DNA from: Planctomycetota bacterium
GTDB lineage: Bacteria; Planctomycetota; UBA1135; UBA2386
Assembly: GCA_046290465.1 (NCBI GenBank)
Contig: JBKAGP010000001.1
Span: 1,760,001 to 1,824,000, forward strand
Direction of reading: 5' to 3'
Length of the DNA: 64,000 nt
This document shows positions 58,316-64,000 of this stretch, in pieces. Position 1 is the first letter of the stretch. Each line of letters opens with the position of its first letter. Under the pieces are notes generated by a model. It ran no database searches. It worked only from the letters and a program-made list of their open reading frames with translations, and had not been told where the DNA came from. A program made the translations under genes and the position numbers.

Positions 58316-59473
58316 ATGCCCTCGCTCCCGGTCCGCTCCACGAGCCTCGCGCTGCTGCTGACGACGTGCTGCGTCGCGGAGGTGGCTGCGCAGACGACGT
58401 GGATCGTCGACCAGGCCGGCGGCCCCGGCTCGCAGTTCACCAACCTGACGCCCGCGATCGCGGCGGCGTCCGACGGCGACCTGATCCTGATCCGGCCCGG
58501 CAACTACGCCGAGGGCCAGCTCGACGTCGACAAGGGCCTGACGATCCTCGGCGAGACCGGCGTCGTCGTGACCATGAACGTGTTCGGCACCGCCGGCATG
58601 ACGATCCACGACGTGCCGGCGACGTCGGCGTTCGCGATGCGCGACCTGCGCATCGGCGGCCAGCTCGCCGGCCCCCCGGTCGCGATCGTCGACTGCGCCG
58701 GCCTGGTGCTGCTCGACAAGCTCGAAGGACCGATCGGTGGGCTCGGGCTGCCCGAGAACTTCGGCGTGCACGTCGAGAGCTGCCAGCAGGTCCACCTGCA
58801 CGGCCTGCTGGTCCGCGGCGGGCAGTCGGTGCGCTTCGAGAACAGCGTCGGCACGGTGACCCGCTGCACGCTCGAGGGCGGCATCGCCGGCGTCGCGCAG
58901 CTCGTCGACTCGGACGTCACGTTCGATCGCTCGGTCGTCAACATCGAACCGACCGTCAGCTTCGCGCCGCCGATGCAGGTCGACGGTGGCCGCGTGACGC
59001 TGTCGCGCTCGTCGGTCGAGGCGCCGATCTCGCCGCAGACCCCGCACCCGGCGATCGTCACCCAGGGCAGCGCCGAACTGCGCGTCGACCCGACCGCGTC
59101 GCTGGTGCCGACCGCCGGCCAACCGGCGATCAGCGGGCCGGCGATCGTCAGCAACGGCGAGGTCGACACACTGTCGCGCGACGGCACCGGCGTGATCACG
59201 TTCGACCTGCACGGCCGCGCCGGCTCGATCTACGGCAGCTACGCGACGCTGCCGGCAGCGACGACCGCGCTGCCGTTCGGCGTGCTGTGGCTCGACCTCA
59301 ACCCGGCCGTGCAACTGCCGATCACGGCGGGTGTCGTCACCACGCGCCAGCAGTCGTTCACGCTGGACACTACGCCGCTGCCGCTCGGCCTGCGGTTCGT
59401 CGTGCAGGCCGGCGTGCTCGACCCGTCGCTGACGCTCGCGCTCAGCAACGGCGTCGGCGCGCTCGCCAACTGA
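58316..59473 (+). CDS. secreted beta-helix (pectin-lyase-like fold) protein
   Basis: Signal peptide, TWIVDQAGGPGSQFTNL...AASDGDLILIRPGNY; C-terminal QAGVLDP...LSNG. Confidence 0.7.
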   Translation: MPSLPVRSTSLALLLTTCCVAEVAAQTTWIVDQAGGPGSQFTNLTPAIAAASDGDLILIRPGNYAEGQLDVDKGLTILGETGVVVTMNVFGTAGMTIHDVPATSAFAMRDLRIGGQLAGPPVAIVDCAGLVLLDKLEGPIGGLGLPENFGVHVESCQQVHLHGLLVRGGQSVRFENSVGTVTRCTLEGGIAGVAQLVDSDVTFDRSVVNIEPTVSFAPPMQVDGGRVTLSRSSVEAPISPQTPHPAIVTQGSAELRVDPTASLVPTAGQPAISGPAIVSNGEVDTLSRDGTGVITFDLHGRAGSIYGSYATLPAATTALPFGVLWLDLNPAVQLPITAGVVTTRQQSFTLDTTPLPLGLRFVVQAGVLDPSLTLALSNGVGALAN

Positions 59474-59479
59474 GCCGGC

Positions 59480-62400
59480 TCACGCCCACAGCACCAGCCC
59501 GCGCACCTTGGCGTCGTGGCGGCCATGTGCCGGCACGCGCACGCGCAGGCCGTGCTGGTAGTGGCCCGCCAGCTCGACGCGGTAGCCGCCGTGGAACGAC
59601 TGCGCTCCGGCGTCGGTCTCGCCGACGTGCTCCAGCGGCACGACGATCGTCTCCTCGTCCCCCTCGCCGCGGGTCACCACCAGCTCGACGACGACGTCGT
59701 CGGGGCGCAGCGGGCCGAGCGCGACGTCGAGGTGCACGTCGAGGTGCTGGCCGACCTTGAAGTCCGCCATCTCGACCGTCGAGGCGCCGGTGATGCGCAC
59801 CTTGTCGAAGCCCTGACGAACGCGCTGGAACTCGCGCGCGCGGGCCCGCGCCGGCGCCTTCTTCTCGGCCTGCTGGGCGAAGTAGCTGGCGGCCAGCGGG
59901 CGGTAGGCGTCGTCGAGGTAGTCCGACACCATGCGATCGGTACTGAACACCGCCGGTAGGGTCGCAAGGCAGCGGTTCATGCGCGCGACCCAGCTGGTCG
60001 GCACGCCGTCGTCGCAACCGAAGTAGCTCGGCACCAGCTCCTCCTCGAGCAGCCGGTAGAGGGCGGTCGCATCCGACTCGTTCTGCAGTTCGTGGCTGCC
60101 GTAGACCTGCGAGCCGCCGATCGTCCAGCCGTTGTGGCCGTCGGCGCCCTCCGGCCACCAGCCGTCGGCGATCGACAGGTTGAGCACGCCGTTGGCCGCC
60201 GCCTTCATGCCGGACGTGCCGCTGGCCTCCTCCATCCGGGTCGGCGTGTTGACCCACACGTCGACGCCCTGGACCAGCGCGCGCGCCACCGCCATGTCGT
60301 AGTCCTCGACGAAGAACACCTTGCCGACGAACTCGGGCGACCGCGCCAGCTGCACGATCGACTTGAGGATGTCCTGGCCGCGCTGGTCGCGCGGGTGCGC
60401 CTTGCCCGACACGACGATGCGCACCGGCCGGTCGGCGTCGTCGAGGATGCGCCGCAGCCGCTCCGGATCGCTGAACAGCAGGTGCGCGCGCTTGTACGGA
60501 GCGAACCGGCGCGCGAACCCGAGGTAGAGCGCGCGCTCGTCGAGGCCCTCGAGCATCGTGCTCAGCACCGTCGGGCTGTCGCCACGGGCGTGGAAGCCGC
60601 GGGTCAGCACCTTCTGCACCTTGTCGATCATGCGGCGCTTGTTGTCGCAGTGCGCCGCCCACAGCTGTTCGGGCGCGACCTCGCCGGCGGCCGCGAACTC
60701 CGCCGGACGCACGCCGGCATCGCCCGTGCGCAGCAGCGCCGCGACGTTCTCGCTGGTCCAGGTCGCCAGGTGCACGCCGTTGGTCACCGACGTGATCGGC
60801 ACCTCCCCCTCCAGCAGGCCCGGCCAGAACGCATGCAGCAGCTTCTGCGAGGCGCGGCCGTGCATCTTGCTGACGCCGTTGACATAGCCGGCGAAGTTCA
60901 TCGCCAGGTAGGTCATGTTGAACACGCTGCCGCCATCGTCGGTCTGCTGGCGACCGAGCGCGAAGAAGCCGTCCCACGGCAGCCCGACCCACTCCTCGGC
61001 GTCGCCGAAGTAGGTGCGCACCAGGTCCTCGCCGAAGCGATCGTGGCCGGCCGGCACCGGCGTGTGGGTCGTGAACAGCGTGGTCTCGGCGATGTACTCG
61101 CGCGCCGCCTCGAACGGCAGGCCCTCGCCCTTGACCAGGCGCGAAGTGCGCTCGAGGGTCAGGAACGCGGCGTGGCCCTCGTTCATGTGGTAGACGGCCG
61201 GCCGCAGCTGCATCGCGCGCAGCAGCCGCACGCCGCCGCGGCCGAGCACGATCTCCTGCCGGATCCGCATCTCGTTGTCGCCGCCGTAGAGGTTGCGGGT
61301 GATGTCGCGATCCTCGTCGCGGTTCTGCGGCACGTTGGCGTCGAGCAGGAACAGCGGCACGCGGCCGACGCTCGCCTGCCACGCGCGCAGCACCACCTCG
61401 CGGCCCGGCATCGGCACGCTGATCTCGAGCGCGCTGCCGTCCGGCTTGCGCACCAGCTCGAGCGCCAGCTTCGGCGGCCGGTTCTCGCGGTCGGCCGCGA
61501 TCTGCTGGCCGTCGCTCGACAGCTGCTGCTGCATGTAGCCGAACCGGTAGAACAGGCCGACGCCGACCAGCGGCACGTTGAGGTCGCTGGCCGACTTCAG
61601 GTGGTCACCGGCGAGGATGCCGAGGCCGCCCGAGTAGACCGGCAGCGAGTGGTGCACGCCGAACTCGGCCGAGAAGTAGGCGACCGGGTGCTCGCGGCTC
61701 AACTGCGGCGCGTCGGTTCCGTCCCGCACCGGCATCGGCTGCTGCGCGGTCGCCATGTAGGCGTCGAACCGTTCGCAGACCTCGGCCAGCCGCGCCAGGT
61801 ACGACGCGTCGCTGGCCTTCTGCTCGAGCGCCTCGAGCCCGACGCCCTGCAGGAACGCGACCGGGTTCTCGCCGCAGTCGTCGAACCCGGGCGCCAGCTC
61901 CTCGAACAGTTCGCGCACGCCCGGCGTCCACACCCACCAGAAGTTGCGGGCCAGCCGCTCAAGGCCGCGCAGGCTCTGCGGCAGCGTCGCCGACGCCTCG
62001 AAGCCCGACAGCCGTGGCCTGGTGCCGCCGCCCGGCGTCGGCAGCGCGCGCTTGGGCAGCCGGAACTGCACCACGCCCGACTTGCTGCGCCGCTGCACGG
62101 CGCCGATCGCGGCGTCGTAGGCCTTCAGGTAGTTCGCGTAGAGGTCCTTCCACGCGGTCCGCCCGGCCGCTTCGCGGCAGCGCGCGCGCAGCGCGTCGTC
62201 ATTGGCCGGCCGGTCCAGGAACGCCTCGATCGCTTCGGCGGTCGACGCGACCACTTCCGCATACGGCACGCGCTCGCGGGCGAGCACCGTGATGCCGTCC
62301 TGCGGACCGAGGCCCGCCGACGCCGCCCAGCGACCGAAGCCGGCCAGGTCGGTCGTGATCGTCGGCACCCCGACCGCCAGCGCCTCCTGCGGCGTGTAGC

Positions 62401-63709
62401 CCCACGGCTCGTAGTAGGACGGGTAGACCCCGAGGTCCATCGCCGCGAGCACCGCCTCGTACTCGCGGTGCAGGAAGCCGTCGTCGGGTCGCAGGTAGAT
62501 CGGCACCTGCACGACCTTGATGCGGCTGCCGGGCTCGTTGTCGAGGCCGACGCGCGCAGCGTGCTGGTGCAGCGGGTCTCGGTCCTCGTCGAACAGGTTG
62601 TGCGTGCACAGCCCGAGCGGGCCGTCGATCGGCGCGGTGCCGTCGAGGCGGTCCATCAGTTCGCCGCGCACGCCCGAGTTGCCGGCCGGCACCAGCACGA
62701 ACGCGACCACCCTGCGACCCTTGCGTTCGCGAATCTCGGCGAGCGCGTCGAGCATCAGCTCGATGCCCTTGTTGTGGAACTCGTAGCGGCCGGCGAGCGC
62801 GAAGAACGACGCGTCGTCGACGTCCTCGCCGAGCAGCGCGCCGGCGATCCGGCTCAGCTCGCGCCGGGTCTCGTCGCGGTCGCCCCTGGCCAGCTCGTCG
62901 ACGACCGACATGTCGATGCCGTTGGGCAACAGCGGCGCGACCTCGCGGTCGTGCAGCAGTTCGGCCTCGGCTGCGGTGATCGCACTGACCGTCGTGAACA
63001 CGTCGGCCTTGCGCGCGCAGACGCCCTCGATCGAGTGCTTGGCCTGCACGTGGTGGTCCTCGGCCAGCTCGTCCGGCGTCTTGCCACCGAGCCCCTTGTC
63101 GCGCGCCTTCGGGTCCGGCGTGATGCCGAGCGACGCCAGCGCGCGGCCGAGCATGGTCGCGTGGGTCGTGAACACCGTGCCGATGCTCGGGATGCGCTCC
63201 TGCAGGTAGAGCAGCGCCGCGCCGGTCATCCACTCGTGGGCCTGCACGACCGCCCGGCGATGGAACGGCGCCAGGTACTCCTCCCACCAGCGCTCGATCA
63301 CCTTGGCGGCGGCGGTCGAGAACAGCACCGGTTCGATGTAGTCCCAGTCGCCGGCGATCGAGTCGACCTGATGGCGTTCCCAGAGGCCGGCGAGGATGCC
63401 GTCCTTCTGCTCGTAGAGCCCGGAGAACCCGACCAGGATGCAGCGCGGCCGACCCGGGATGCGCCAGCGACCGACGCGCACCGGCACGCCCATGTCCCGG
63501 CACGAACGGATGAACTCGTCGTGCCCCGGCTCGTCGTCGAACGGCGGCTGCACGCCGGTGCCGCCGTGCAGCTGCGGCCCGATGGTGATGTAGTCGTCGC
63601 CGAATCGTTCGACGGCGGTCACGGCCTTCGACGACAGCACCGTGTGGATGCCGCCGACCTTGTTGCACACTTCCCAGCTGATCTCGAACAGTTGGTAGGA
63701 GTCGGTCAT
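59480..63709 (-). CDS. glgP: fused glycogen synthase (GT3) - alpha-glucan phosphorylase (GT35)
   Basis: EVCNKVGGIHTV, GRYEFHNKG, PSYYEPWGYTP (GT3); YSGGLGILAGDH, HMNEGH, FARRFAPYKRA, EASGTSGMK (GT35 PLP-Lys). Confidence 0.93.
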   Translation of the reverse strand: MTDSYQLFEISWEVCNKVGGIHTVLSSKAVTAVERFGDDYITIGPQLHGGTGVQPPFDDEPGHDEFIRSCRDMGVPVRVGRWRIPGRPRCILVGFSGLYEQKDGILAGLWERHQVDSIAGDWDYIEPVLFSTAAAKVIERWWEEYLAPFHRRAVVQAHEWMTGAALLYLQERIPSIGTVFTTHATMLGRALASLGITPDPKARDKGLGGKTPDELAEDHHVQAKHSIEGVCARKADVFTTVSAITAAEAELLHDREVAPLLPNGIDMSVVDELARGDRDETRRELSRIAGALLGEDVDDASFFALAGRYEFHNKGIELMLDALAEIRERKGRRVVAFVLVPAGNSGVRGELMDRLDGTAPIDGPLGLCTHNLFDEDRDPLHQHAARVGLDNEPGSRIKVVQVPIYLRPDDGFLHREYEAVLAAMDLGVYPSYYEPWGYTPQEALAVGVPTITTDLAGFGRWAASAGLGPQDGITVLARERVPYAEVVASTAEAIEAFLDRPANDDALRARCREAAGRTAWKDLYANYLKAYDAAIGAVQRRSKSGVVQFRLPKRALPTPGGGTRPRLSGFEASATLPQSLRGLERLARNFWWVWTPGVRELFEELAPGFDDCGENPVAFLQGVGLEALEQKASDASYLARLAEVCERFDAYMATAQQPMPVRDGTDAPQLSREHPVAYFSAEFGVHHSLPVYSGGLGILAGDHLKSASDLNVPLVGVGLFYRFGYMQQQLSSDGQQIAADRENRPPKLALELVRKPDGSALEISVPMPGREVVLRAWQASVGRVPLFLLDANVPQNRDEDRDITRNLYGGDNEMRIRQEIVLGRGGVRLLRAMQLRPAVYHMNEGHAAFLTLERTSRLVKGEGLPFEAAREYIAETTLFTTHTPVPAGHDRFGEDLVRTYFGDAEEWVGLPWDGFFALGRQQTDDGGSVFNMTYLAMNFAGYVNGVSKMHGRASQKLLHAFWPGLLEGEVPITSVTNGVHLATWTSENVAALLRTGDAGVRPAEFAAAGEVAPEQLWAAHCDNKRRMIDKVQKVLTRGFHARGDSPTVLSTMLEGLDERALYLGFARRFAPYKRAHLLFSDPERLRRILDDADRPVRIVVSGKAHPRDQRGQDILKSIVQLARSPEFVGKVFFVEDYDMAVARALVQGVDVWVNTPTRMEEASGTSGMKAAANGVLNLSIADGWWPEGADGHNGWTIGGSQVYGSHELQNESDATALYRLLEEELVPSYFGCDDGVPTSWVARMNRCLATLPAVFSTDRMVSDYLDDAYRPLAASYFAQQAEKKAPARARAREFQRVRQGFDKVRITGASTVEMADFKVGQHLDVHLDVALGPLRPDDVVVELVVTRGEGDEETIVVPLEHVGETDAGAQSFHGGYRVELAGHYQHGLRVRVPAHGRHDAKVRGLVLWA

Positions 63710-63711
63710 GT

Positions 63712-64000
63712 TCAGGTCTTGCGTTTGGCGGCGCGGCTCCGGCGCGGCGAGAGCGCCTTCTTGACGTGTGCCTGCAGGTCGTCCAGCGCCGTCATCGTGG
63801 TGACGAACGCGGCGTGCGGCGAGTCGTAGGGGCTGAAGTAGTCGTGCACCTCGGCGTCGCTGTGGTGCTTGGTCGCGATGTAGTAGACGTGGTCGGACGT
63901 GGTCAGCTCGCGCCAGTGGTCGAGCAGCTCGGGCTTCTTCTCGGCCGCGCGCAGCACGTCGGCGCGCATCGCGTAGAGCCGGTCGTGCACCGCCTGCTGC
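63712..64000 (-). CDS. glycoside hydrolase family 57 protein, C-terminal part (5' end outside window)
   Basis: WRELTTSDHVYYIATK...VHDYFSPYDSP, typical of GH57 alpha-amylase C-termini; next to the glycogen gene. Confidence 0.75.
   Translation of the reverse strand, partial: QQAVHDRLYAMRADVLRAAEKKPELLDHWRELTTSDHVYYIATKHHSDAEVHDYFSPYDSPHAAFVTTMTALDDLQAHVKKALSPRRSRAAKRKT

Overview
High-GC, gene-dense bacterial chromosomal segment. Planctomycetota is likely (inferred from the ECF sigma/Ser-Thr kinase pair, the large Ig-like Gly-rich lipoproteins and the HEAT proteins). About 50 CDS are supported: an arginine cluster (argG-argH-argA ... argJ, interrupted by a 1168-aa surface lipoprotein), tsaA/trmO, psd, trkH, der, a FixJ-like regulator, ybbN/cnoX, a menG-CPBP-ubiX-ubiA-holA-mutL operon, an NHEJ region, NfeD-flotillin, ridA, and a glycogen synthase-phosphorylase fusion beside a partial GH57 gene. 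No rRNA, tRNA, CRISPR array or transposase was seen. The most unusual observations are: (1) an NHEJ locus where LigD has a degenerate ligase domain (catalytic Lys replaced by Gln, no OB fold), while an intact stand-alone ligase is encoded with Ku, DUF72 and a MerR-HTH/TPR protein; (2) an 83-bp multi-hairpin repeat in 7 full copies at 4 loci, always between convergent genes and always abutting a TAG stop codon; (3) a candidate structured sRNA with a GGA-loop hairpin behind a sigma54-like motif; (4) repeated 15-bp-period tandem duplications in unrelated sequences. Start codons were refined by eye and products come from motif recognition, not database searches.
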